A stretch of DNA of 64,000 bases from Spirochaetia bacterium (GTDB lineage Bacteria > Spirochaetota > Spirochaetia > CADAEX01). The notes under the pieces are model-generated. The model ran no database searches, was not told the DNA's origin, and saw only the letters and a list, made by a program, of their open reading frames with translations. This document shows, piece after piece, positions 50,472-61,566 of the stretch. The stretch is from the NCBI GenBank assembly GCA_963662265.2, contig CAXXHA010000035.1:160001-224000 (forward strand), in the 5' to 3' direction. Both the position numbers and the translations under genes were made by a program. How positions within the stretch are numbered: position 1 is the first letter of the stretch; each line of letters begins with the position of its first letter.

Positions 50472-51782
50472 ATGGATATTAAATACTGGGACAGGGAAAT
50501 TGAAACTATAGACCGTGAAGGTCTTGAGAAAATTCAGCTTGAAAATCTTAAGGAAACTATTTACTGGGCTCTTAAGACCCCTTTTTACAGTGAAAGGCTT
50601 AAAAGTGTCGGGATTACATCTCCTGATGATATCAAGACACTTAAAGATATTAAAAAAATCCCTTTTACAACAAAGGATGATTTAAGATCTGCCTATCCAT
50701 ATGACATGCTTGCTGTTCCGAAAGAAGAGGTTGTGAGGCTTCACGCATCAAGCGGAACAACAGGAACTCCTACAGTTATATATCATACCCAGAGAGACAT
50801 GGACAGGTGGACAGACCTTGTAGCAAGGTCTGTAACAGGAATAGGCTGTGACAGCAGCGATGTGTTTCAGAATATGATGACTTACGGACTCTTTACAGGG
50901 GGGATCGGGCTTCATTACGGCGCAGAGAAGGCAGGTCTTCTTGTAATCCCTATAAGTTCCGGAAATACAAAGAGGCAGTTTAAATTCATGAAGGATTTTC
51001 AGTCTACACTTGTGCATGCTACTCCGAGTTACATGCTTCACATGTATTCAAAACTGGAAGAGGAAGGGTATTCCCTTTCTGATTTCAATATTAAAAAGTC
51101 TCTCGGGGGTGCTGAACCGCACTCAGAAGACATGAGAAAGAAGATTGAAGATCTTTATAATATTGACATGTACAATAATTACGGCCTCAGTGAAATGAAC
51201 GGACCGTGTGTTGCAACAGAGTGTGTCTATAAGGATGACATGCATGTGTGGGAGGATTCCTTCTATCTTGAGATGATAAACCCTGAAACGCTTGAAGATG
51301 TTGAAGACGGAAATGATGGTGAAGTTGTTTTTACAACACTGAGAAGACAGGGAACACCTCTCTTGAGGTACAGAACACGTGACCTCTCTGTTGTTAATCC
51401 TGAACCCTGCAAGTGCGGTAGGACTCACAGAAGACTCTGCAGGATAAAGGGAAGAAGCGATGATATGCTTATCATAAACGGCGTCAATGTATTTCCTTCA
51501 CAGATTGAAGAAGTACTCATGAAGCTTCCTGAAGTAGGGACTAACTATCTGATTGTTGTGAAAAAATCCGGGGCCCTCGACAAGGTTACTGTAAAGGTTG
51601 AAATAGGGCCTGCTGCTTTCAGCGATGATGCCAGGGATCTTAATGAACTAAGGGCCAGGATAAAGGAGCTTCTCAAGGCGGCTCTTCTCATATCTCCGAA
51701 TGTTGAGCTTCATGAACAGGGAGTTCTTCCTGTACATGAAGGAAAGGCAAAGAGGGTTGTTGATGAAAGGATCCGGGAATAG
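50472..51782 (+). CDS. paaK: Phenylacetate--CoA ligase
   Basis: PFTTKDDLR, HASSGTTG, YGLFTGG, YGLSE, RYRTRD, GRSDDM, GVNVFPSQIE. Confidence 0.94.
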   Translation: MDIKYWDREIETIDREGLEKIQLENLKETIYWALKTPFYSERLKSVGITSPDDIKTLKDIKKIPFTTKDDLRSAYPYDMLAVPKEEVVRLHASSGTTGTPTVIYHTQRDMDRWTDLVARSVTGIGCDSSDVFQNMMTYGLFTGGIGLHYGAEKAGLLVIPISSGNTKRQFKFMKDFQSTLVHATPSYMLHMYSKLEEEGYSLSDFNIKKSLGGAEPHSEDMRKKIEDLYNIDMYNNYGLSEMNGPCVATECVYKDDMHVWEDSFYLEMINPETLEDVEDGNDGEVVFTTLRRQGTPLLRYRTRDLSVVNPEPCKCGRTHRRLCRIKGRSDDMLIINGVNVFPSQIEEVLMKLPEVGTNYLIVVKKSGALDKVTVKVEIGPAAFSDDARDLNELRARIKELLKAALLISPNVELHEQGVLPVHEGKAKRVVDERIRE

Positions 51783-51795
51783 GTAAGAAAACAAA

Positions 51796-53280
51796 ATGGG
51801 TTTTGAAAGTTCTGCAAAAATACTGCTTGAAGAGTGTCCCTCGTTTACAGACAGGGGATTTGATACTGATATAGAACTTTATACTTCTCTTATAGGTGAT
51901 AAAAAATATGTGCTTGCAAAGAGCCTGTATGAAAAGAAACTCATACCCCGTTATCCTGATGAAGCAGTAAGAATCAGGATAATAAGGTATTTCCGGAAGA
52001 ATGATTACAGGTTTAAAGAGATCTACGGCAGTGCTGTCAAGGAACTTCATCACAGGATAATACTTTCCGTTAAAAAACTCATTGATTATATTTCATCAAT
52101 ATTTGAAGAAAATACATCAAATCCCTACGAGCTTTTAAGGCGAATAGATAAGGCCCAGCATGTGATTCCTTCGGAAAAAACAGCAGCAATCCGGTTTATA
52201 AGAAAACTTTCAAGATACTCAGTACTGCTGAATCACAGGACTGAGTCATATGCAAAAGCCTATGATATTTTAACCAGGTATTATGACAACACCCTTTTTG
52301 TCAAAAGAATTGTTCCCAAAAAGTTAAAGAAAAAAGAAATATCCCAGGAATACAAGCCTGAAAAAAAGAAGAAAAAAATAACAATTGATCTTGATGCGGT
52401 TGAATTCTCTGATCAGGATATTGCAATGATCTGTATAAATTCGGCAATAACAAAACGAACATACAAGGTGCTTGCTTACTGCAGGCTGTACTGGAAGCAG
52501 ATACATAATCAGGACTTTGAAAAAAAGATTTTCCTTTATTCACGTAAATACAATACACTTCATTTTAAAATATTCACTTTTGTAAAAAACGGCAGGATAA
52601 AAAAACTCGGCGATGATGTAATTCTTCTGGAACTCTACAGTCTTATCTCAAGGGGGTACAGGTACAGTGTTCACGAGGACCTTCTCATGCAGAAGATCTG
52701 GAGGAAAATCAAACCGGTTGATGTTTTGAAGAGGAAAAAACAGGGGGACGGAGGATCTGTTTCTGCTGGTTTCGGGAAATCCGGCAGCAGGACGACTGGA
52801 ATTGATAAAGCTGCTGTAAAAACCGGAACAATTGGCGGAACAATCGGGGACGGAGGCAGGAAAAATGCTGCCGCCAAACAAAAAATTACCGTCCGGAAAA
52901 ACAAAATAATAAAGCCTGGAAAAAAACAGCTCCGGATAAACGAGATACACAGGCAGTCACTTAAGAAGAAGCTTGATCTCCTGTCATTCCGTAATGTTTT
53001 TGATGCGCATGAAGTATTCAGTTCTCTCTTGCCGGGATATATAGAAAAATATATTGTAAGGCACAGGAAGAAAGGGAGCGGGAAAGATCCCTACATACAG
53101 AAAGGTGCTCTCTACATAATCCAGAACTTTGTAAAAAACAACTATGATTCTTTAACATATGACTGGAACAGCAGCATTGAAAAACAGGAAGTTGCAAATA
53201 TTGGATTTCTGGTCCCTGAAATTGATACAATAATAGCAATGTGTCTTGAAGAAGTCAGGATGCGGCGAGCTACGGTTTAA
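51796..53280 (+). CDS. Basic hypothetical protein with Gly/Lys-rich linker
   Basis: 494-aa ORF 13 bp after paaK with no recognised motif. Confidence 0.75.
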   Translation: MGFESSAKILLEECPSFTDRGFDTDIELYTSLIGDKKYVLAKSLYEKKLIPRYPDEAVRIRIIRYFRKNDYRFKEIYGSAVKELHHRIILSVKKLIDYISSIFEENTSNPYELLRRIDKAQHVIPSEKTAAIRFIRKLSRYSVLLNHRTESYAKAYDILTRYYDNTLFVKRIVPKKLKKKEISQEYKPEKKKKKITIDLDAVEFSDQDIAMICINSAITKRTYKVLAYCRLYWKQIHNQDFEKKIFLYSRKYNTLHFKIFTFVKNGRIKKLGDDVILLELYSLISRGYRYSVHEDLLMQKIWRKIKPVDVLKRKKQGDGGSVSAGFGKSGSRTTGIDKAAVKTGTIGGTIGDGGRKNAAAKQKITVRKNKIIKPGKKQLRINEIHRQSLKKKLDLLSFRNVFDAHEVFSSLLPGYIEKYIVRHRKKGSGKDPYIQKGALYIIQNFVKNNYDSLTYDWNSSIEKQEVANIGFLVPEIDTIIAMCLEEVRMRRATV

Positions 53281-53331
53281 TCTGCCTTAATAAGTCTGCC
53301 TTGTTTTGATTCAAATTATTCAGTTATGATT

Positions 53332-53811
53332 CTAATAAACTGAATCCGGAGGATCGACAAGTTTGAAAATTTTATTCTTCAAATATGCAAGGCCGCAGTA
53401 TTTATAATCTTCTGCTTTTTTAACAAGACCTGCTTTTACCGGATTGTTGTTTATGTATTCATATACAGCATAAAGTTGCCTGTATGATTCAATTATTATA
53501 CTCTTGAATCTGTCATACCAGACATGCCCTTTGTAGCTATATATTTTGTTGAAAACCACAGCAAATTTGCTTAATATCCACTGCATAATTTTTGATAAAT
53601 CTGATTTCGGGCGGGGTTTAATCAATAAATGAATATGATTGGTCATTACACAGAAATTAATAATTTTAAATCGGTATTTCTTCTTTGCATCTTTGAGAAT
53701 CTTGATAAAGATATCTTTTATATTATCCTTTTCAAAAATAAATTCCTGCCGGTTAGATCTTGCAATTACATGATAAGTAGCATTTTCTTTTTTGTTTCTT
53801 GGTTTTCGCAT
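53332..53811 (-). mobile_element. RAYT / IS200-like Y1 (HUH) transposase
   Basis: YHVIARSN, FCVMTNHIHLL (HUH), GHVWYDRF, YINNNPVKAG. Confidence 0.9.
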
Positions 53812-53904
53812 ACAGGATTACACTGCAATTTATGAATCCTGCTTCAAAATGTTGCTTTCAATATCATTACTCGATTTTTTAAATAACGATCCTGGAACAA
53901 TAAA

Positions 53905-53915
53905 CCTCCGTCCCC
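53905..53915 (-). repeat. GGGGACGGAGG motif (also at 42404, 52744 and 52846 on +)
   Basis: Four exact copies of a GC-rich 11-mer, three of them within about 600 bp of the RAYT gene. Confidence 0.65.
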
Positions 53916-53926
53916 TTAAAACCCTT

Positions 53927-53962
53927 AAAAAAAGGGATATCCCGAAAAAACAGGATATCCCT
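53927..53962 (-). terminator. htrA terminator
   Basis: AGGGATATCC...GGATATCCCT with a U-tract on the minus strand. Confidence 0.8.
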
Positions 53963-54007
53963 CTGTATGATCAGGGAACCGCCGGGGGGATGGAAGTTCC
54001 CTTCTGT

Positions 54008-55501
54008 TTATTTCACAAGCCCGAGCACAATTGAGTTACCCTGCCTTGTCACCTGGAAAATCTTTTTCCTGCTGCTGCCTGAATTGAGAGCATTATAAAA
54101 ATCCCCGATACTCTCAGTTTTAATATCATTGATCTCTTCAATGACATCCCCGGGCTTGAACCCTGCAATCGCTGCTGAAGAGTCGCCGATTACCGATGCT
54201 ATAACCACGCCGTTAACATTTTTCTCAAGTTTTAACTCCTTTCTGATATCGTCTGTCAGTGTGGTAACAATGAGTCCGGGCCAGAGGTCCCTGTTCTTCT
54301 GTATCTCCTTCTCATCAGCTCTCTTCTCGATTTTCACGTTAACTGTGATTTCTTTCCTGTTTCTTATCAGCCTGAAAACGCTCCTGTCTCCCGGGTGGAG
54401 TTTTCCGACAATCTTTGTAAGGTGTGTTGAATCGCTTATTTCCCTGTTGTCTACTGCTGTTATAAAGTCGCCTGGCATGAGGCCTGATTTATCTGCCGGG
54501 GAATCTTTGAACACATTGTGAATGAGTGCGCCGTTTTTGTCTCCAAGTGCCAGTGTTTTTCTGATATCCGGGTACATGCTTTCATTTGCATCCCCGATGC
54601 TTACTCCGAGCCATCCGTAAACAACTTTACCGGTATTTATAAAGTCTTCAATTGCTTTCTTAGCATTGTTGATCGGAATTGCAAAACCGACACCCACGCT
54701 TCCTCCAGACTGTGATGCAATCCATGTGTTTATGCCGACTATTTCACCCTTCATGTTGACAAGAGCTCCACCTGAGTTACCCGGGTTTATTGAAGCATCT
54801 GTCTGTATGTAATCTGTAAAACCTGCAATAGTTGAACCTGACATTGTTTCCCTTCCAAGGGCGCTTACAATCCCCATTGTAACTGTGGATTCAAATCCGA
54901 AAGGGTTTCCCACTGCAAGAACTATATCGCCGACTTCGAGGTTTTCTGAATCACCGAGCCTTGCAACAGGAATGTTTTCCGATGCTTCGAATTTAATAAG
55001 AGCAAGGTCTGTTCTCGGGTCATTTCCGATCCGTTTTGCTTCATATTCTCTTCCGTCATTGAGCTTTACCTTTATCTCGTCAGCTTCTCCCGCGACATGG
55101 TTATTTGTAAGAACATAAACATTTTTGCCTTCTTTCCTTACAATAACGCCGGAGCCGAGACCGGGCCTCTTGTATTCCCTTTTTTCTCCTCCCTCGTTAT
55201 TGCCGCCTCTCGGATTTCCGAAGAAAAAATCAAAAGGGCTTGAAAACCCCGGTATTGTCTGTTCAATAACTTCAACAGTGTTTATTTCAACAACAACCGG
55301 AAGAACTTTTTTTGCAACTCCGCTGAATGAGTAGTAAAGCTGCTCTTTTGAATCAGGAACTACTTTTTCAGCTGCAGACGGGTTTCCCTGAGTAGGTGTT
55401 TCCTCTGCTGCCGGGGCTGCGAAAATATAGAATCCTGTCAGGGAAAAGAGCAGGATAAAAAATATAATTGAAATAGAATAAACAGTCTTTTTATTTACCA
55501 T
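54008..55501 (-). CDS. htrA: Do/DegQ-family serine protease with two PDZ domains
   Basis: GSGVI, TNNHV, TDLA, QTDASINPGNSGG. Confidence 0.95.
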   Translation of the reverse strand: MVNKKTVYSISIIFFILLFSLTGFYIFAAPAAEETPTQGNPSAAEKVVPDSKEQLYYSFSGVAKKVLPVVVEINTVEVIEQTIPGFSSPFDFFFGNPRGGNNEGGEKREYKRPGLGSGVIVRKEGKNVYVLTNNHVAGEADEIKVKLNDGREYEAKRIGNDPRTDLALIKFEASENIPVARLGDSENLEVGDIVLAVGNPFGFESTVTMGIVSALGRETMSGSTIAGFTDYIQTDASINPGNSGGALVNMKGEIVGINTWIASQSGGSVGVGFAIPINNAKKAIEDFINTGKVVYGWLGVSIGDANESMYPDIRKTLALGDKNGALIHNVFKDSPADKSGLMPGDFITAVDNREISDSTHLTKIVGKLHPGDRSVFRLIRNRKEITVNVKIEKRADEKEIQKNRDLWPGLIVTTLTDDIRKELKLEKNVNGVVIASVIGDSSAAIAGFKPGDVIEEINDIKTESIGDFYNALNSGSSRKKIFQVTRQGNSIVLGLVK

Positions 55502-55749
55502 TTTTATTCTCCTTGTAATTAATGTCTTTAAACAAAATATACATACACCTTTTAAAGATGTCTAATAATAATTTTGTTACATTGATAAACAAAATGTTAT
55601 AATTAAGTTTATTTTCTGTTTATGGATGAAAACACACTTTTCTGCTAATGTCAGATATCTGAATAACTGGTATTATATTAATGTTCAGATAATATATTGC
55701 TGCTCTTCCAGTTAAAGACTCATAAACAGGTTTTAAAAAAGGTATTAAA

Positions 55750-57058
55750 ATGGGAAAAATGTATTTCATTATTATGTTATTAATTATCCTTGCGGTGAAT
55801 GTTTTTCCGCAGGATACTTTTGTTATTACATCTGAAACTGCTGTAAAAATGGCTGTTGAAAATAACCTGAAAATTAAAAAGGAAGATTTCACACTTTCTG
55901 AAAAGAGAAGGAGCCGTAATAACCGCTATAACGCTCTTGTTCCTGACATATCAGCAGGGACCTCGTTAAGCAGGGCAAATGAGGCGCCTGTCATCGGCGA
56001 ACATCACTGGAATTTAAGCGGCAGCATTCAGGCTCAGCTTACACTTTCTCTTGCCGTACTTGACGGTATCAGGTATCTCTCTGCAGATTATGAAAACGGA
56101 CTTATCGGGAGAGAGGATGCTGTAAAAAATCCTCAGGCGAGATACTCTCAAGTCTTTCTATAATATACTTCTCATAAGGGAGAATCTTCAGCTTCTTGAA
56201 AAAAACATTGAAACTGCTGAAAAGAGGTTCCGTCAGTCTGATATCAATTTCAGAAACGGTCTTGCTTCCGAGCTTGACAGGTTGAGGTCCCGTGTCACTT
56301 ATGAGCAGCTTAAGCCTGATTTTGTGGAGCTTGAAAACAGTTATGAAAAAGCGCTCCTTTCTTTCAAGCAGATGATAGGACTGGAGAAGGAAAGTGAAAT
56401 AACTCTTGAAGGTGAAATAAATCCTGATCCCCTTACCATAGAAATTAATCAGCTTATATTTTCATCTCTGCCTGAAAGGCTTGATGTTCAGAAGCTGATA
56501 AGCAGCATAAGAATGCTCAAGATATCTGAAGAATCAGAAATTCACGGCAGCCGTTATCCTTCACTTACATTGAGCTACAGCAAGAACATGGTTTTTGCCA
56601 ATGATCCTTTTTCAGATCCCCTCTTTGATAACACTGATGAAAACTGGAGTGATACAGGTTCATTAACTCTCTCTCTTTCACTGGATCTTGACAGTTTTAT
56701 TCCGAGGCTTAAATCTGATACAGATATTAAAAACAAGCGGGATGAAATAAGGAAAACCGAAACCGAGCTGGCTTCAGTTCTTCAGCTGGCTGAAATTGAG
56801 ATAAGATCAATTGTCATGGAGCTGGAGAAATCAGAGAAAAAAATTGAAGTGCTTGAGCTTAACAGGGAGCTGGCTGAAAGAGCATATCAGCTGGCAGAGG
56901 AGGGGTACAACGCGGGGACTGTCGAGCTCCTGACTCTTGAGAGCGCATCTGATGATTTTGAAAAAGCAAAGCTTGATGTACTGACGGAAAAATACAATTA
57001 CCAGTCTTCGCTTCTGGATCTTGAATATGCAGTTAACAGAAAACCGGAGGATATTTAA
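55750..57058 (+). CDS. TolC-family outer membrane efflux protein, one +1 frameshift
   Basis: Removing one A at 56124-56129 joins the 137-aa and 258-aa ORFs. Repeats FRNGLASELD and YNAGTVELL. Confidence 0.8.
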
Positions 57059-58008
57059 TGAAGAAAAGCAGAAAAATATTAATATTTGCAGTAATTATTT
57101 TAGTTGCAGCTGCAGGAGCTGTATTCTTTTTCCATATGAAAGGGATTGGGAAAAAGGCTGAAGAGCGTAAAGCGGCTGAGGAGTCCCGCTCATATCCTGT
57201 AAGAATATCTGAATGCGTCCCAGGTGATATTTCTGATTTTATTGAAATCAACGGGTCTGTCATTGCTGAGAAGAGTGTTGATGTTAACCCTGATACAGGG
57301 GGCAGGATAAGGATTATTCATGCGGAAATAGGTGATTCTTTAAGGAAAGGGGAGGTTATTGCCGAGGTTGATCCTTCCAAGCCGGGGCTTTCATATACTT
57401 TCAGCCCTGTAAGATCTCCGATTTCAGGGACTGTTACAGCGCTTCATGTTGAAGCAGGATCTACTGTAACAGTTTCAAGCGTGATAGCAACAATAGGAGA
57501 TCTGTCAGAACTGAGGGTTGAGACAGAAATACCGGAACCTAAAATTTCCGCAATAAAAATGGGCTCTGAAGCAGTCCTCACATTTGTTGCATATCCTGAA
57601 AATAAATATCCGGCAAGAGTTGTTGAGATAAGCCCTGTTGTAAATCCTCTCACACGGACAATGAAGATAAAACTCGAATTCATCCAGAGCAATGATGAGG
57701 TAAAGGCAGGTATGTTCGGTTCTGTCAAACTTTTCACAGAAACAAGCACTCATACTCTTAAAATCCCCTCAAGTGCGGTTGTAGTCAGGGATAGCCTGGA
57801 TACTGTTTTTGTTCTTGATGAAAGTGAAAACATTGTCAGGAAAGTCAGGATTGAGAAAGGGATCACAGCGGACGGCATAACAGAAGTTGTAAGCGGGCTT
57901 TCTGCAGGTGACCTTGTTGTGACTGCCGGGCAGAATCTTCTTGAAGACATGGTTAATGTAAATGTTATTGAAAGCGGCAGCACTGAAGAGAACGGGGAAG
58001 GGTTCTGA
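57058..58008 (+). CDS. RND efflux periplasmic adaptor
   Basis: N-terminal TM, RSPISGTV, TRTMKI, GMFG, GLSAGDLVV. Confidence 0.92.
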   Translation: MKKSRKILIFAVIILVAAAGAVFFFHMKGIGKKAEERKAAEESRSYPVRISECVPGDISDFIEINGSVIAEKSVDVNPDTGGRIRIIHAEIGDSLRKGEVIAEVDPSKPGLSYTFSPVRSPISGTVTALHVEAGSTVTVSSVIATIGDLSELRVETEIPEPKISAIKMGSEAVLTFVAYPENKYPARVVEISPVVNPLTRTMKIKLEFIQSNDEVKAGMFGSVKLFTETSTHTLKIPSSAVVVRDSLDTVFVLDESENIVRKVRIEKGITADGITEVVSGLSAGDLVVTAGQNLLEDMVNVNVIESGSTEENGEGF

Positions 58009-61000
58009 TGTCAGTATCAAGAAGGGCTGTTTCAAGGCCGGTAACAGTTATTGTTCTTTTTTCTCTCATAATAGCGCTGGGGCTTTTCATTCTGCCACAG
58101 ATCCCGATAAATCTGTACCCTGAGTTTAATCCCCCTGTTCTTGTTGTTTCAACTTCCTATCCTGGAGCAGGTCCTGAAGAGGTTGAAAACAGCGTAACAA
58201 GGCTGCTTGAGGGAATGCTTGAGAATATAAATGATATAAAGGAAATCCGTTCAACTTCATCCGAAGGGCAGAGCCTTATTATTCTTGAGTTTGACTGGAA
58301 GAAGAATCTCTCTGAAGCTGCCGATGATGTCAGGGACAAGCTTGAATTTATCAAGGAATATCTTCCTGATGATTCCAAATCCCCTTCAATATTCAAGTTC
58401 GACCCGTCTATGATGCCGATTCTTGACCTTACAGTAGAAGGGAACCGCCCCCCCGAGGAGCTTAAGGAGATAGCCGAGGATATTATACAGCCGCGGCTGG
58501 AGCAGGTCAGCGGAGTGTCTCTGACATATATAAGCGGAGGCAGGGAAAGGGTTATCAGGGTCGAAGTCTCAAAAAACAGGCTGCAGGCATTCAACCTGAC
58601 ACTGGGCAGTATATCGTCTGCAATCACATCGCAGAATATACAGGTTGGCGGGGGGACTGTTTCATCCGGTTCATATAATTATCTTGTGAGGACAGACGGC
58701 GAATACAAGACAATTGAAGAGATTAAAAACACAGTTGTCGCATACCGTGGAGGAAGCGGCAGTACTCCTCCGACTGTGATTAAGCTTTCAGATGTCGCAG
58801 ATGTGAAGGATGGCTACCGGGATGAAAGCAGTATTGTCTATATAAACGGTAAGACTGGAATATATATAGAAGTACAGAAAAAAAGCGGTGAAAATTCCGT
58901 TCAGGTTTCAGACCGTGTCATAAAGAGCATTGCCGGTATAAACCGGGAACTTCCTCCCGGGATTACTCTAAAAGTCCTTAAAGATTCTACAGATATAATC
59001 AGGGCTTCAATAAAACAGGTGAGTATATCAGCCCTTACCGGAGCATTCCTTGCAATGACAATCCTGCTTGTATTCCTGAGAAATATAAAGAGCACATTTA
59101 TAATCGGAATATCAATTCCTGTATCTCTTCTGATTACACTGATGGGAATGTACTTCTTCGATGTTTCCATAAACATAATATCACTTGCAGGGCTTACACT
59201 TGGGGTAGGAATGATAGTCGACTCCTCTATTGTAATACTCGAGAATATCTACCGGTACCGGGAAAAGGGATCCCGACTGAAAGTCTCTGCAATTCTCGGA
59301 AGCGCCGAAATGACAGGCGCTATCACAGCCTCGACTCTTACAACTATATGTGTTTTCCTTCCAATTGTTCTTTTCAAGGCTGAAATCGGCTTTCTCGGCA
59401 TACTGTTCGGGGATCTTGCCTTTACAGTTGTTGTCGCCCTTGTCTCCTCCCTTTTTGTCGCGCTTCTTCTTGTTCCTGTTCTTTCAGGCCATTATCTTCC
59501 GATTTTTACAAAGAGGCAGAAGCCGTTCAAGAGAAAAATATATGAAAATACAGATGCTTTCATGGAAAGGTTTTTCGTTGGAATGGAAAAGCTCTACAGC
59601 AAAGCTCTTCTGAAAGTTTTTAAATACAGAAAGACAACTATCACTTCTGTAATTCTCCTTCTTGTTGTTTCCCTCTTATTCATACCGGCAGTGGGTCTTG
59701 AATTTTCCCCATCAGCAGATGACGATGTAGTCTCGCTTACTGTAAACATGCCTGTGGGAACAAATCTTGAAACAACACTCTCTGTTGTTCAGAAAATCGA
59801 AGAAATTATCCGGAGCGAGATCTCAGGTTTCGAAGACCTCACTGTTACTGCAGGGGGAAGTTCTGATTTTCTTTCAGGAAGCAGCTCATACCTTGGTAAG
59901 ATAAAGATAACATTACCTGAGTATTCAAAGCGTATTGATACATCTGAAGATATTAAAAGAAAACTCAGGGAAAGGTTTGAGGAATTTCCCGGAGTTGTTT
60001 TCAGTTTTGAATCTGGACATGGAAGGGGAGCAGGGAATCCCAATCCCATCGATATACTTATAAAGTCAAATGATACAGATGCTGCCCATGAGACAGCGCT
60101 TAATCTCAAGAATCTGATAAATGAAAATGTTAAGGGGGCTTCTGAACCTGATACAGATATAAGCGACGGTCTTCCCCAGCTTGAGGTTGAGGTTAACAGG
60201 GAGAGGGCGTATGAACTGGGTCTTACCTTAAGTTCCATTGGAACTGAAATAAACTCAGCAATAAACGGGGTAACTGCCTCTAAATTCAGGATAAAGGGAG
60301 ATGAATATGACATACTTCTTATCCTCAAAAAAGAGGACAGGAGCGAAATTCCTGATCTTGAAACTATCTATATATCAAACAGCAGGGGAGACTTCATTCC
60401 TGTCTCAGCAGTCGCAAATCTTGTAAAGTCGACCGGCCCTGTAGATATAAACAGGCTTGACCAGACAAGGGTCATACATGTTACAGCAGGTCTTAAGCAG
60501 GGGGTGAAGCTGAATGAGGTGAAAGAGGAAATTGATGATCTGATCCGGGACAAGCTGATAATTCCTGAAAATGTCAATATCGAGTATTCCGGGGATGTCG
60601 GTGACCTTAAGGAATACGGTATTAAATTCCTTGCGATCATGGTTATGGCTCTTTTTCTTGTCTATGGTGTCATGGCAAGCCAGTTTGAGTCATTCAAGGA
60701 TCCTTTTATCATGTTTCTCACTGTGCCTCTTCTATTTATAGGGGTTGTGCTGATTCACCTGATTACAGGTTCCCCTTTCAGTATGTTCACATCTGTCGGC
60801 GTTATAATGCTGTCAGGTATTGTTGTGAATAACGGTATAGTACTTGTTGATTATATTAACCTCCTGATAGGCCGTGGTGAAAGCCTTGTTGATGCATGTA
60901 TCAAGGGGGGTGTGAGCAGGTTAAGGCCTATACTGATGACAACTCTCACCACAATCCTCGGGATGGCCCCGATGGCATTTATTCCCGGTGAAGGTTCTGA

Positions 61001-61178
61001 ACTTGTACAGCCGATCGGCCAGGCTGTTATCGGGGGACTTTCTACAAGTACATTTATAACTCTCTTTTTTATCCCGGTCGTATTTATTGTCTTTAACACA
61101 AAGAGGTTCGGCACAGGGGAAGGCTCTGCTGCATCTGCTGCCGGGGACGGGAAAGAACAGACAGTTGACAGGGGCTGA
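58008..61178 (+). CDS. RND efflux permease (AcrB family)
   Basis: YPGAGPEEVE, GMIVDSSIVILENI, GIVVNNGI, RLRPILMT. Confidence 0.96.
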   Translation: MSVSRRAVSRPVTVIVLFSLIIALGLFILPQIPINLYPEFNPPVLVVSTSYPGAGPEEVENSVTRLLEGMLENINDIKEIRSTSSEGQSLIILEFDWKKNLSEAADDVRDKLEFIKEYLPDDSKSPSIFKFDPSMMPILDLTVEGNRPPEELKEIAEDIIQPRLEQVSGVSLTYISGGRERVIRVEVSKNRLQAFNLTLGSISSAITSQNIQVGGGTVSSGSYNYLVRTDGEYKTIEEIKNTVVAYRGGSGSTPPTVIKLSDVADVKDGYRDESSIVYINGKTGIYIEVQKKSGENSVQVSDRVIKSIAGINRELPPGITLKVLKDSTDIIRASIKQVSISALTGAFLAMTILLVFLRNIKSTFIIGISIPVSLLITLMGMYFFDVSINIISLAGLTLGVGMIVDSSIVILENIYRYREKGSRLKVSAILGSAEMTGAITASTLTTICVFLPIVLFKAEIGFLGILFGDLAFTVVVALVSSLFVALLLVPVLSGHYLPIFTKRQKPFKRKIYENTDAFMERFFVGMEKLYSKALLKVFKYRKTTITSVILLLVVSLLFIPAVGLEFSPSADDDVVSLTVNMPVGTNLETTLSVVQKIEEIIRSEISGFEDLTVTAGGSSDFLSGSSSYLGKIKITLPEYSKRIDTSEDIKRKLRERFEEFPGVVFSFESGHGRGAGNPNPIDILIKSNDTDAAHETALNLKNLINENVKGASEPDTDISDGLPQLEVEVNRERAYELGLTLSSIGTEINSAINGVTASKFRIKGDEYDILLILKKEDRSEIPDLETIYISNSRGDFIPVSAVANLVKSTGPVDINRLDQTRVIHVTAGLKQGVKLNEVKEEIDDLIRDKLIIPENVNIEYSGDVGDLKEYGIKFLAIMVMALFLVYGVMASQFESFKDPFIMFLTVPLLFIGVVLIHLITGSPFSMFTSVGVIMLSGIVVNNGIVLVDYINLLIGRGESLVDACIKGGVSRLRPILMTTLTTILGMAPMAFIPGEGSELVQPIGQAVIGGLSTSTFITLFFIPVVFIVFNTKRFGTGEGSAASAAGDGKEQTVDRG

Positions 61179-61205
61179 AATTAAATTGCAGGCAGGTTTT
61201 AAAAG

Positions 61206-61484
61206 ATGAAAAGAATTGAAATTATTGCAAATCATTCTGTTGAAGCTGATATTATCGAAGCTGTTGAAAAGGTTTGCCAGAATAAAGCGTATTATACAAA
61301 AATCCCTGTTGTTTACGGAAAAGGGAATTCCAATCCAAAAATGGGCGACAATATATGGCCTGAGGAAAATTTCATGCTTATTATTTATGCTGAAGAAAAA
61401 ATATCATTTCAGATCAGAAATGCTGTAGAAGATATTAAGCTGAAATTTCCGGATGAAGGGATCAAGCTTTTTGATATAGGTTGA
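61206..61484 (+). CDS. PII-like PG0541-family transporter-associated protein
   Basis: YTKIPVVYGKG..PKMGDNIWPEEN, located directly after the RND gene. Confidence 0.8.
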   Translation: MKRIEIIANHSVEADIIEAVEKVCQNKAYYTKIPVVYGKGNSNPKMGDNIWPEENFMLIIYAEEKISFQIRNAVEDIKLKFPDEGIKLFDIG

Positions 61485-61566
61485 AGACAGGATTGATTGA
61501 AGAAGCTGTGAAATACTGCAGTTCTGATCTGCTTTAAATGTTAATCCATGGTTTATAGGAGTTTGA

